From the NCBI GenBank assembly GCA_965116885.1, contig OZ220741.1, positions 2,656,001 to 2,720,000 of the forward strand: DNA of 64,000 bases, read 5' to 3'. The position numbers and the translations under genes were made by a program. Each line of letters opens with the position of its first letter. Position 1 is the stretch's first letter. The notes beneath the pieces were generated by a model. The model worked only from the letters and a program-made list of their open reading frames with translations, was not told the DNA's origin and did not search any database. Shown piece by piece: positions 46,759 through 56,595 of this stretch. Source of the stretch: Candidatus Latescibacterota bacterium. GTDB lineage: Bacteria; Latescibacterota; UBA2968.

Positions 46759-48882
46759 AGTTATCTGATGGTTGTTTTTCTTGTTCAGGGGTGTGCTTTT
46801 CCGAGGTTTGGTCTTCCTGTTCTTCTTCCAATTTTTCTGGCTGTTTTGCAGGTTCAACTGGTTTTTCGAGTGTTTTGCCTTCTAATAACTGGTTGAGTTG
46901 TACATCGTCGAGGGTTTCAAATTCCAGCAGCGCTTTGGCGAGGATGTGGACTTTGTCGATGTTATCACTGAGCAATTGTTCGGCTCGAGACTCGGCTTTG
47001 ATTACGAAGTTTTTGATTTCCTCATCGATCATTTCGGCCACTCGGTCGCTGTGATCTCGACGTTGTGCCATTTCGCGCCCGAGGAATATTTCGTCGTTTT
47101 GCTGCCCATAAGCAATGGGACCCAGTTTGGGACTCATGCCCCAATCGCAAACCATTTGCCGGGCGAGATTGGTGGCCATGCGGTAGTCTTGTTGCCCGCC
47201 TGTTGTGATTTCGCCAAAGACGAGTTTTTCGGCAATTCTGCCACCCAGGGCGTAAGCGAGAACCGCTTCACAATAACTCTGGGGATAAGTGTGGCGCTCA
47301 TCGATGGGGAGGGTGTGTGTGACACCGAGGGCACGCCCGCGAGGAATGATGGTCACTTTGTGCAGAGGATCGCTTTCTGGTATGAGTTTTGCTACCAGTG
47401 CGTGACCAATTTCGTGATAGGACGTGAGGCGTTTTTCTTTGTCGGAAATGACCAGGCTGCGTCGCTCTGCACCCATCATGACTTTGTCTTTGGCATCTTC
47501 AAAGTCGCTCATGGTTACGCGGTCTCGATTATTTCTGGAAGCGAGAAGAGCGGCTTCGTTGACCAGGTTGGCGAGGTCTGCTCCTGCCAGTCCGGGGGTT
47601 CCTCGCGCCAGCACCTGTAAGTTGACGTCGTCGGAGAGAGGTGTGTTGCGGGTATGGACTTTTAGAATACCTTCGCGTCCTCTAACATCGGGACGATCCA
47701 CCACGACCTGACGGTCGAAGCGCCCGGGTCGCAACAGCGCGGGGTCGAGCACGTCGGGGCGGTTGGTAGCTGCGATGAGGATGAGGCCCTCTTTGGATTC
47801 AAAACCATCCATCTCAACCAGGAGTTGATTGAGGGTTTGCTCGCGCTCGTCGTGACCGCCTCCAATACCTGCGCCGCGGTGCCGTCCCACGGCATCTATT
47901 TCGTCGATAAAAATGATACACGGGGCGTGATTTTTCCCCTGTTCAAAGAGATCGCGCACACGCGAAGCACCTACGCCGACAAACATTTCGACAAAATCTG
48001 AGCCGCTCATTAAAAAGAATGGGACACCCGCTTCGCCTGAAACGGCGCGTGCCATGTGCGTTTTGCCCGTACCGGGGGGACCAACGAGGAGTACGCCTTT
48101 TGGAATGCGCCCACCCAGACGTTGAAATTTGCGCGGATCTTTCAGAAATTCGATGATTTCCTGTAGTTCTTGCTTGGCTTCTTCGGCACCTGCAACGTCT
48201 TTGAATGTGATTGTTGTTTTATCTTCAGAGATGAGCTTTGCTTTGCTTTTGCCAAAGCTAAACGCACCTTTGGGACCTCCTTGCATCTGACGCAAAATGA
48301 AAAGCCAAAGCCCTATGAACAGGAGCCACGGCAAAAAATTAAAAAATATGTTGAGCCAGTTGGAGGGTTTTTGAAAGCGAAAGTCAACGCCGTATTTGAG
48401 CCATTCTTCGCGGGTCTGGGCATCTACAACGCCCAGGTCAACGACAAAATCGCGAAAAGTGTGCTGTTGTCTTCGCCCCGGCGGGGTAAGCTCTTCTGCG
48501 ACGAGGTGGCCGTGAAATTCGTTATCAATAATGATCGCGCTCTGGATTTTTCCCTCTTCGAGGAGCATTTTGTACTCTTTATAGCTGAGTACGACATCGC
48601 TGGAAGGGGAATTGCCAAAAAATTTGGAAGCAAAAATGATAACCAGCAAAAAAAAGACCCAGAAAGCCAGTGGTTTTGAGATGCGCCGCCAGGGCCACTT
48701 GCCATTCTCCGAAGCCCCATTGCTATCAGCATTATCCCGATTGAGTACAGACAAGTTGGGTCGCCGCTCTTTTTTTCTTCAGGCGCTTCATCTTCGGGCT
48801 GTGTGGGAGTGCGATCAGGCGTCTCGTCGGATGACTGTGTTTCTTCATCCGGTTTCGAGTCCCTGTCTTTGGGGTCGGTCAT
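46757..48882 (-). CDS. ftsH: ATP-dependent zinc metalloprotease FtsH; N-terminus in a different frame (-1 shift near 48770)
   Basis: Two TM segments, [27 protein letters not shown]. The ATG at 48882 (AGAGG RBS, overlaps the tilS stop) is out of frame by one base at an A7 run. Confidence 0.93.
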
Positions 48883-50312
48883 AAATGCCTCTTTTCGCAT
48901 TGTGTGATCATGCTACTATAGGTTGCTTTGAGCACGCGCCGGGTATCTGGCGTGATCGGTGCGATCTGTGAACGCCGAAGTCCAACGACCCACAAAATGG
49001 TTGCACCGCTCACCAGAAGTGGTATTTCGCCGCGCAGTGGGCGGGGTATTTTGCTATCGCCGAGCAGTCTGCTGACTTTTTTTTTCCCCTGCATGCCAAA
49101 AGGGTGAAACCAATCGCCCTGCCTGGGTGAACGGAGATACAACGACCGGTTGGGAAGTTGATCCAGGTCAAAAAAGACGGTGTGTTTCGCTGTCTTTGAA
49201 CTGCTGATACAGTTGTACACCGCTTGCAGATGCTCACGGTTGACCCGGTTTAATATATTCATTGAGAATTTGCCGTTGATATCGAGCGGCACATCGGGTT
49301 CAACCAAAAAGCAGTAAGCTCGGGCGGGTTGGGTTATAATGAGTGTGTCATGCGTGCGATAAGCTGAGATTTCTGGCGTTATTTGAACGCTGCGTCCAGG
49401 AGTGGAAGAAATTTCGAGAATGCGTTCAACAACCTGGAAACGCGCGGCTTCGACACTGGCCTGGAGGGCAAAGAGCACCTTCCGAATCAGACGACGCCGA
49501 AGTGATATATGATAACCGAAAAATCGCCTAACATCAAGGATAAATTTTCGATTGTCGCGGTACAGGAGGGTTTCCGAAAGTGCCTGTTCCGCAATGTTTT
49601 CGAGGTGTGCATCGTCATTTTGCAGCAAGGTTGCCGAACGTGAAAGCAGGTCTTCGATTTGAGGATTGTATGCCTTTTGCAAGTGGGGTATCAGATCTGT
49701 GCGAATGCGATTGCGCAGAAATTTCGGATCGCTATTTGTCTCATCGTGCAGCACCTGCAAATTGTGGGTGCGTACATAAGATTCAATTTCCGATCTGGAA
49801 AATGAGAGCAGAGGACGAATCCAACATGATTCTGAAATTGGACGCATACCACCCAATCCGGTGAGTCCTGCACCTCGAACAAGGCGCAGCAGAACGGTTT
49901 CTGCCTGATCGCTTTTTGTATGGCCAAGTGCGATCCGGTTTGCGCCGGTTTTTTGTTTTACGGTGTCGAGAAATGCCCGTCGTGCATCGCGCGCTGCTTC
50001 TTCGAGAGATTGCTTTTTATCTTTTGCCCGCTGCACAACATCTTCCTTTTCGATATAGATGGGATAGTTTCGGGCGATCTGTTTGACAAACGCGACATCG
50101 CTGTCGGCATTGGGGCGAAGTTGATGATTGAGATGTGCGATATAAAGAGTGAGGTGCCATTTTGATTTGAGGCGGTGGAGAAGGTCGAATAAAGTAACGG
50201 AGTCGGGACCGCCAGATAGGGCTACGACCACCCCATCTCCTATTGTGAGGAGGCGTTCTTGTTGGATATAGGCTTCAACGCGATGTAGAATATCCATTTC
50301 TCGAACGGACAT
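48879..50312 (-). CDS. tilS: tRNA(Ile)-lysidine synthase
   Basis: ALSGGPDS, HLNHQLR, GHTKSDQAET, IRPLL, RNRIR. Confidence 0.97.
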   Translation of the reverse strand: MSVREMDILHRVEAYIQQERLLTIGDGVVVALSGGPDSVTLFDLLHRLKSKWHLTLYIAHLNHQLRPNADSDVAFVKQIARNYPIYIEKEDVVQRAKDKKQSLEEAARDARRAFLDTVKQKTGANRIALGHTKSDQAETVLLRLVRGAGLTGLGGMRPISESCWIRPLLSFSRSEIESYVRTHNLQVLHDETNSDPKFLRNRIRTDLIPHLQKAYNPQIEDLLSRSATLLQNDDAHLENIAEQALSETLLYRDNRKFILDVRRFFGYHISLRRRLIRKVLFALQASVEAARFQVVERILEISSTPGRSVQITPEISAYRTHDTLIITQPARAYCFLVEPDVPLDINGKFSMNILNRVNREHLQAVYNCISSSKTAKHTVFFDLDQLPNRSLYLRSPRQGDWFHPFGMQGKKKVSRLLGDSKIPRPLRGEIPLLVSGATILWVVGLRRSQIAPITPDTRRVLKATYSSMITQCEKRHL

Positions 50313-50386
50313 GCCGAGTTCCAGTTTGCAAGTGTTTGGACGCGCGAATAGGGTCTGAAGTTTCTCGGATTACTTATGGTAAATAT

Positions 50387-50419
50387 AAAAAAAATCGGCT
50401 GTGGATTTACAGCCGATTT
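50387..50419 (-). terminator. Intrinsic terminator
   Basis: AAATCGGCTGT/ACAGCCGATTT stem with a U tract on the minus strand. Confidence 0.75.
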
Positions 50420-50431
50420 ATACGCGTGTGA

Positions 50432-51967
50432 CTAAAAGTAGGTATTGAGGCGCATTTCCACACCTTTGAAGGGGAGTACCAGATAGCAGGTCCCCGATGT
50501 ACAGGCGGTGCCTCCGCGCCGCTCGCCCACAAAGAGGACGGCGTCGTAATGCGTACCAAATCGCGCATTGAGGTTGAGAGACACAAAGGTGCGGCTGCCG
50601 GTTTCGATGTCGAAAGTTTCTGGACGGTCAACTTCAAAAGGGTCGGTTGTGTGATCGACGACAAGGGCTGCGCCAAAACCGCGCGCGTGTTGTGCAGAGA
50701 GCGCGCCATAAGTATTGGAGTAGTACGGGTCGTTTTCAAAATGGACGGCGCGTTGGTATTGGAGGTCGAGGCCGAGGGTATGGCCTCGGGCTGTTGTGGT
50801 TTCAAAAATCGCGCCGCCCGTGCGGTGGCTGTCGATGCTTTCGATGTCGTCTTTGCCCCAGTTAAAAAAGAAGGTGGCGGTCAGGTTGTCAAATTTGTAC
50901 AGATCAAAAGAGAAATGTCTTTCTTTGAAAAAGGTCTGTACCGTCGGAGCCAAATCATTGCGTGCGTGGCTGATATTGACCGTGAAATTGCCCAAATCCA
51001 GTTGCGTATAAGTGCCTTCGATCTGATAGCCTTTTTCGCTGGCGAGTAGCAGTACATGTGTGTTGCGGTTGAGCAAAGATGCGGTGTGTTCGCGGACGAG
51101 AGATGGGGGATCATTGAAGTGGAGGTGCATGTTGTCGTAATCTTTGTATTCGACACTCAACCCCAGATTGTTCCAGCCCATATTGCCCGATAAGTAAAGG
51201 GCAGCTCCTTTTTCGTCGTCTTCTCGCCGTGCATATTCGCCTTCGCGTTGCGCGTATTCGCCGTAAAAGCTGCCGTAGAGACCGGCCTTTTGCAGAATGT
51301 TAGAAAGGTCGAGATCGACAAAACCAGACCAGGCCCAATTTTTATCGATGAGGGAATCTTTGGGCGTGATGTGAACGCCCGTGCCGCCAATTCTGAGGTT
51401 GGAAGAGAGTCTGAGGGCGAGTTCGCCGCCTGTGACCCAATCCCCGCGACGGGAAACACTGCGCGGCGGGATGCCGGTTTTGGCACCAGGGGGAATATCG
51501 CTGAGTGCTGATCGACCGATGAGTGCTTTGGTCTCTACGCGATTGCCAGCCCATGAGGCTGTCGCACCTTCGAGGTCTTGGGCCGGGGCATAGCGCAGGC
51601 GATAAATAGGGCTTTCGAGCACGACGCCGGGCAGTTCAAATGCGCGAAGTGTGAGGCCCCGCCCGAGAATTGCGTAGTAATTGCCGATTTCCACATTCGC
51701 AGCACCATGGTTCCACCGTGCGTATTTTTGCGTGATTTGATATGTTTCGCGGTCTGCGCCCCAGGTGTTGTAAATTTCTGCTCTTAAACCGGCCTGCAAG
51801 CCCTTTTGCGTAAAGTCGAGATTCAACTGGTTATAGGCTGTGGAGATGGCGGTGGAGTCAGATCCCGGTATTTCACCACGTTGCATTTCCGTCAATCCAG
51901 TGACGGTAATTTGTGCAGAAATGGGGGCTGAGAAGAGCAGGACGAGGAGCAGGCTACTTGCTTTCAT
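50432..51967 (-). CDS. Outer-membrane beta-barrel protein (DUF6029-like)
   Basis: Signal peptide, GNYYAILGRGLTLRAFE, EYKDY, C-terminal RGGTACTSGTC and terminal Phe. Confidence 0.75.
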   Translation of the reverse strand: MKASSLLLVLLFSAPISAQITVTGLTEMQRGEIPGSDSTAISTAYNQLNLDFTQKGLQAGLRAEIYNTWGADRETYQITQKYARWNHGAANVEIGNYYAILGRGLTLRAFELPGVVLESPIYRLRYAPAQDLEGATASWAGNRVETKALIGRSALSDIPPGAKTGIPPRSVSRRGDWVTGGELALRLSSNLRIGGTGVHITPKDSLIDKNWAWSGFVDLDLSNILQKAGLYGSFYGEYAQREGEYARREDDEKGAALYLSGNMGWNNLGLSVEYKDYDNMHLHFNDPPSLVREHTASLLNRNTHVLLLASEKGYQIEGTYTQLDLGNFTVNISHARNDLAPTVQTFFKERHFSFDLYKFDNLTATFFFNWGKDDIESIDSHRTGGAIFETTTARGHTLGLDLQYQRAVHFENDPYYSNTYGALSAQHARGFGAALVVDHTTDPFEVDRPETFDIETGSRTFVSLNLNARFGTHYDAVLFVGERRGGTACTSGTCYLVLPFKGVEMRLNTYF

Positions 51968-52508
51968 CTGGCGTTTCCTTTTTTTCTGGCATTTCCTTTT
52001 TTTCCGATGCTTCTTTTTCCTCCGATGTTTTCTTTTCGGGTAATAGGATCTCTAATGCGTCAATGATGGCCTTCCCATCGGATAAACCGGCCTCTCGCAA
52101 TACAATTTCCCTGTCTGGCGCAATGAGAATTGTGGTGGGCATGGCGCGAACTTGCATGCGTTGCATAACCGATCCATCGGCGTCAATGGCGATTGGGAAT
52201 GTGATGTTGCGCCCCCGCAAAAATGGGCGAATGCGGTTTTGACCTCGGGGCCCATCTTCGTTTACGCCGAGAACGGTGAGTCCCCTGTCGGCGTATTTGG
52301 CGTGGATTTCTTCGAGCTTGGGCATTGCTTTGATGCAGGGTTTGCACCATGTGGCCCAGAAGTCGAGTAACACAGGACCCTTTTCGAGGAGGGCGGTTAG
52401 TTGTACCCGTTCGCCACTGAGGCCCGGCAGGTTGAAATCAGGGGCTTCGGTTGCGCGGGCAGATGATGCGACGAGAAGGCAGAGCCATAATGCGAGCAGT
52501 TTTTTCAT
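51954..52508 (-). CDS. TlpA-family disulfide reductase
   Basis: Signal peptide, APDF, DFWATWCKPC, MPTT; EKKE repeat tail. Confidence 0.93.
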   Translation of the reverse strand: MKKLLALWLCLLVASSARATEAPDFNLPGLSGERVQLTALLEKGPVLLDFWATWCKPCIKAMPKLEEIHAKYADRGLTVLGVNEDGPRGQNRIRPFLRGRNITFPIAIDADGSVMQRMQVRAMPTTILIAPDREIVLREAGLSDGKAIIDALEILLPEKKTSEEKEASEKKEMPEKKETPDESK

Positions 52509-52716
52509 GAGAGTACCTCGTGGAGATTGAGATTTAGCCGACTTTTCTAAAGTTATACGTAGGGACGATGCCTATGTTCCCACTTGTTGTTATAGGGACG
52601 GTCAATAAATATAAAATATGACAAAGAGGGTGAAAAAACAATGGTGTAAAGGTGGGGTGTAGGGTTATTTTATTTTACATATTAGACCAGAGGATACTGC
52701 AAAACCCCGGGAGAGA

Positions 52717-53955
52717 ATGAACATGCGCTCGCTCCATGTGCAAATCTTCATCGCGTTGCTCCTCGGCGCAATAAGTGGAATGCTGTTGGGTGAATCCGTT
52801 CTTCACTTTGCCTTTTTGGGAACCCTTTTCCTCAAGGGCCTTAAGATGATCATCGTTCCCTTGATCGTCACCTCCATTGTTTCCGGGGTGGTCGGCATAG
52901 GCCAGGTCGGTCATTTTGGCCGCTTGAGTGCTCAGACTTTTACCTATTACCTGAGCTCCAGCTTGTTGTCCATTATCACTGGCCTGGTATTGGTCAATGC
53001 CATAAGTCCAGGCAAGGGGGCACAGTTGTCTCTGCAAGCTCCTCCTGAACAATTGGCCCATTCCATAGCTCAGTTCGGCGATGGTCCCAAAGCGGCTCTT
53101 GAGCGGTTGTTGTTGGATATGGTACCGGATAATGTATTCAGGGCCATGGCTGAGGGACAGATCTTGCCCGTGATCGTCTTTTGTTTTCTTCTCGGATTTG
53201 CGATCATCCGTTTGTCCGATCCGCACCAGGAACGTCTGCGTGGGTTTTTCCAATCGGCTTTTGAGGCCATGATGCAATTGACCCATTTTATTATTCGCCT
53301 GGCACCCATCGGTATTTTTGCTCTTGTCGCCAAAGTCGTTGGTACCACCGGTCTGTCGGTTTTTATTGATTTGGGGTTGTACGCTCTCACTGTCTTTGCC
53401 GGTCTGGTCGTCCACGCGGCGATTATCTTGCCGCTCGTGCTCTATTTTGTGGGGGGCATATCGCCTCTGGCTCTCCTTCGCGCCCTGACGCCGGCCCTCT
53501 TCACCGCTTTTTCTACCAGTTCCTCTTCGGCGACATTGCCCGTTACCATTGAATCGCTGGAACAACGCGCTGGTGTTTCTAACCGCACCACCAGTTTTGT
53601 CGCGCCGCTGGGTGCTACCATCAATATGGATGGTACAGCCCTGTTCGAATGTGTCGCAGCCCTGTTTATCGCTCAAGCCTATGGGGTTGATCTGGGCTTT
53701 ACCCAGCAATTCCTGGTTGTCCTTACTGCTTTGTTGGCCTCTATCGGCGCGGCTGGCATTCCTATGACGGGCCTGGTGATGCTTTCTATTGTTCTGACCT
53801 CTGTAGGGTTGCCTCTGGAGGGGATTGGCCTGATTATAGCTGTGGATCGCATCCTGGACATGTTTCGCACCACTGTCAATGTTTGGAGCGATTCGTGTGG
53901 CACTGCCCTGATAGCCCGTTACCAGGGCGAGAAATTAGATATTACTAAACACTGA
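52717..53955 (+). CDS. Dicarboxylate/amino acid:cation symporter (DAACS)
   Basis: FSTSSSSATLP, PLGATINMDG, DRILDMFRTTVNV. Confidence 0.96.
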   Translation: MNMRSLHVQIFIALLLGAISGMLLGESVLHFAFLGTLFLKGLKMIIVPLIVTSIVSGVVGIGQVGHFGRLSAQTFTYYLSSSLLSIITGLVLVNAISPGKGAQLSLQAPPEQLAHSIAQFGDGPKAALERLLLDMVPDNVFRAMAEGQILPVIVFCFLLGFAIIRLSDPHQERLRGFFQSAFEAMMQLTHFIIRLAPIGIFALVAKVVGTTGLSVFIDLGLYALTVFAGLVVHAAIILPLVLYFVGGISPLALLRALTPALFTAFSTSSSSATLPVTIESLEQRAGVSNRTTSFVAPLGATINMDGTALFECVAALFIAQAYGVDLGFTQQFLVVLTALLASIGAAGIPMTGLVMLSIVLTSVGLPLEGIGLIIAVDRILDMFRTTVNVWSDSCGTALIARYQGEKLDITKH

Positions 53956-53978
53956 CATTTACTTATTGGGGGTTTATT

Positions 53979-55028
53979 ATGGTTTCGATAGGTATTATCG
54001 GATTGGGGTTTATGGGTATGACGCATTACCGGGGGATTCAGAATGTGCGCGGGGGCAAAGTAGCAGCGATATGTACGCGTAGTCCCAAAAAGCGGGCGGG
54101 AGATTGGCGGGGTTTGGGAGGCAATTTTGGAGAGCCGGGGGGTATGGAAGATCTTTCGGGGATTCGGACGTATGAGAAGATTGATGATTTGCTATCAGAT
54201 GCTTCAATTGATCTGGTCGATATTTGTTTGCCGACGTCGCAACACTGCGAGGTCGCGATTGCTGCGATGCGCGCGGGCAAGCATGTGCTGGTCGAAAAGC
54301 CTATTGCGCTGAGTCTTGAGGACGCCGACCGCATGGTGCGGGTTTCCGAGCAGACGGGAAGGTTGATGATGGTGGCACAGGTTTTGCCCTTTTTTCCCGA
54401 GTTTGCCTATCTCAAGCAGGTGGTCGATGGCAGAGAATATGGCAATGTGCTCGGTGCGCATTTTAAGCGCGTTATTTCGCAGCCGAATTGGACGTCGGCT
54501 TTTGCCAATATGGAAAAGAGCGGGGGACCGGGCGTCGATTTGCATATTCACGATACGCACTATATTCTGGTGCTGCTCGGTCGGCCAGATCGGGTGGTGT
54601 CTTCGGGCAGGCTGGTGCAAGACCGGTATGTGGAATATATTTCGACGAGTTATCAATACGATAGCCAGCCGGATTTGTGCGTGACGTGCGCTTCAGGTGC
54701 GATTTCTCAGCAGGGCAGGGCGTTTACGCACGGGTTTGAGGTTTATATGGATCGCGCTACGGTGCTTTTCGAGTTTTCGACTCTGGGCGGCAAGCCGGTT
54801 GTGACGATGCCCGTGACCTTGCTGACGGATGATGGGGAGGTGCGAGAACCGGATTTGGGCGATGCCGATCCCGTGGTTGCATTTACCAACGAGATTCAAG
54901 CCGCGGTAGATGCTGTGGAAAGCGGCGAGGTCGCCAGAGCAATTTCTGGAGAGAGTGCTGCTGATGCGCTGCGTCTGTGTTTTGTGGAGGTTGAGTCGGT
55001 AAGACGCAGGCAGGCAGTGGCGGTGTAA
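53979..55028 (+). CDS. Gfo/Idh/MocA oxidoreductase
   Basis: GIIGLGFMG, GKHVLVEKP, DLHIHD. Confidence 0.93.
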   Translation: MVSIGIIGLGFMGMTHYRGIQNVRGGKVAAICTRSPKKRAGDWRGLGGNFGEPGGMEDLSGIRTYEKIDDLLSDASIDLVDICLPTSQHCEVAIAAMRAGKHVLVEKPIALSLEDADRMVRVSEQTGRLMMVAQVLPFFPEFAYLKQVVDGREYGNVLGAHFKRVISQPNWTSAFANMEKSGGPGVDLHIHDTHYILVLLGRPDRVVSSGRLVQDRYVEYISTSYQYDSQPDLCVTCASGAISQQGRAFTHGFEVYMDRATVLFEFSTLGGKPVVTMPVTLLTDDGEVREPDLGDADPVVAFTNEIQAAVDAVESGEVARAISGESAADALRLCFVEVESVRRRQAVAV

Positions 55029-55063
55029 AGAAAGGCGAGTGCCACATCGATTATAAAAAAATA

Positions 55064-55089
55064 GGGCGAACGCACGGGTCCGCCCTTAC
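55064..55089 (-). repeat. REP-like palindrome
   Basis: Minus strand GTAAGGGCGGAC-CCGTGC-GTTCGCCC between convergent genes, resembling GTAG-family REPs. Confidence 0.55.
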
Positions 55090-55111
55090 GATTTGACTAT
55101 CGCTTATACTT

Positions 55112-56551
55112 TCAACGCATTCTCACCTCTGCAACAGGTGTTCCCGCTGCGCCATCGACTATGAGACCGCCCGCTTTGATCAGGGTGGCGGATATGTTTT
55201 CGAGACTTTGTCCGTCGAAGGATTGACCACCAATGATTTTGGGACTGACAATGAGTGCTTGGCCGGCAGATTGATCGAATAGCGCGAATGTCACGTTGCT
55301 GCCATAGCGCGCCATAGCGCTCATTGTGTCGTGAAATTGTGAGATAGTCTGGGTAGAGACATCGCCGGCTTTCATTTCGATAAAGATAATATCGGGAAGT
55401 GCGGCATCCATGGCTTTTTGCGCGACCTCGGTGATGAATGCGCTGCCGAGTTTGCGGCTTTCTTCGCTGTCCATCAGTACGCTGGATACCAGCCGACCAA
55501 ACGCCTCATCTTTGATGATTTTTTTTAGTTTGAGCGCTTCCGGAGTCAGCTTGGGTTTGACCATGCGGTCGATATATCGCTGCGATTTGCCCTGTTTTAT
55601 AGCTGTGCCGAGTTGTTCTTCTATGGTGCCTGCGATTTTTTCGAGGCTGGGGGCGTTGACAGCATAAGGGCTGTATCTGACACCATAGTCCTTGGTTTTG
55701 CTAACTATGGGGGGGATTTCTTTTTCTCCGGATTGATAGAAAGCCAGTGTGCGCGTATGGGTTTTGTCCTCAATGGCTTTGTTGTGGTGTTCAAATAGCG
55801 AGGGGACTTTGAGATTTTTGCCTTTGATTGCATTGGGTGAAGCCGTTTGAACCGTGGTCATCCATTCGCGCGGATTTTTGCCGTAGTCAATATTGTTAAA
55901 TAATGCCCCTCTGTACGTCAGATAGGCGGGGATATTCGTTCCCTGGTCCGATCCGGTGATCGCAACGATGACCACGCCTTTGGGCAAGCCCTGGTCTGAT
56001 AGGACAAAGGATTGGAATGAACGCTCGAGCATGGCGTATTGAGCAGGTGTAAAGTCGGTGATATTTAGACTGGGACCTCTGCGTCCACCACCACGTCCAC
56101 CTCTGCCGCCGCGTGCCCCTTGCCCCCGGCGTCCCTGTCCGCCGCCCTGAAGTGCCTGAAATTCGCGCAAAATATTGCCGAATACAGCGTTAAATTCCTG
56201 GCGATCGGTGTTGGGGATTTTGCGAAAAAAGAGTTCGAGTTGCTGGTGGCGAACGGGAAACAGATCGTCCCATTTTTTTGCCTGATCGAGTATGTACATC
56301 TGTATGGGTGCCGGCATTTGGCTGAGGATTTGCGCGTTGGCATCGAGGAGTTTTTGGGCATCCCAGGGGAAATCGTTGAATTGTCCACGTTGCTGAGGAC
56401 GCAAGTCTCCGCGACCACTGCCACCACCACCGCCACCGCCGCGTCCGCCACCACCGCGACCACCACCGCGTTGTGCGTAAATATCTGACAGGTCTAAGGC
56501 ACACAATGCTGTGCCCATCAGTAAGATAGATATCCATCTTGAAAATCGCAT
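55112..56551 (-). CDS. Secreted protein with RGG/Gly-rich tracts, function unknown
   Basis: GGGAGG RBS before ATG 56551; signal peptide ending IYA-Q; two RGG-rich segments. Confidence 0.8.
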   Translation of the reverse strand: MRFSRWISILLMGTALCALDLSDIYAQRGGGRGGGGRGGGGGGGSGRGDLRPQQRGQFNDFPWDAQKLLDANAQILSQMPAPIQMYILDQAKKWDDLFPVRHQQLELFFRKIPNTDRQEFNAVFGNILREFQALQGGGQGRRGQGARGGRGGRGGGRRGPSLNITDFTPAQYAMLERSFQSFVLSDQGLPKGVVIVAITGSDQGTNIPAYLTYRGALFNNIDYGKNPREWMTTVQTASPNAIKGKNLKVPSLFEHHNKAIEDKTHTRTLAFYQSGEKEIPPIVSKTKDYGVRYSPYAVNAPSLEKIAGTIEEQLGTAIKQGKSQRYIDRMVKPKLTPEALKLKKIIKDEAFGRLVSSVLMDSEESRKLGSAFITEVAQKAMDAALPDIIFIEMKAGDVSTQTISQFHDTMSAMARYGSNVTFALFDQSAGQALIVSPKIIGGQSFDGQSLENISATLIKAGGLIVDGAAGTPVAEVRMR

Positions 56552-56595
56552 GGTTGCCTCCCGTGTGAAGAGATGACGCGCTTTCATAAACCGCT

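Noticed and set aside
51965..52040. 18-bp degenerate tandem repeat
   Set aside because: Simply encodes the low-complexity EKKE tail of TlpA.
52559..52600. GTAGGGAC motifs (also near 26677 and 38495) as REP copies
   Set aside because: Too degenerate to call individually; only 55064-55089 was kept.
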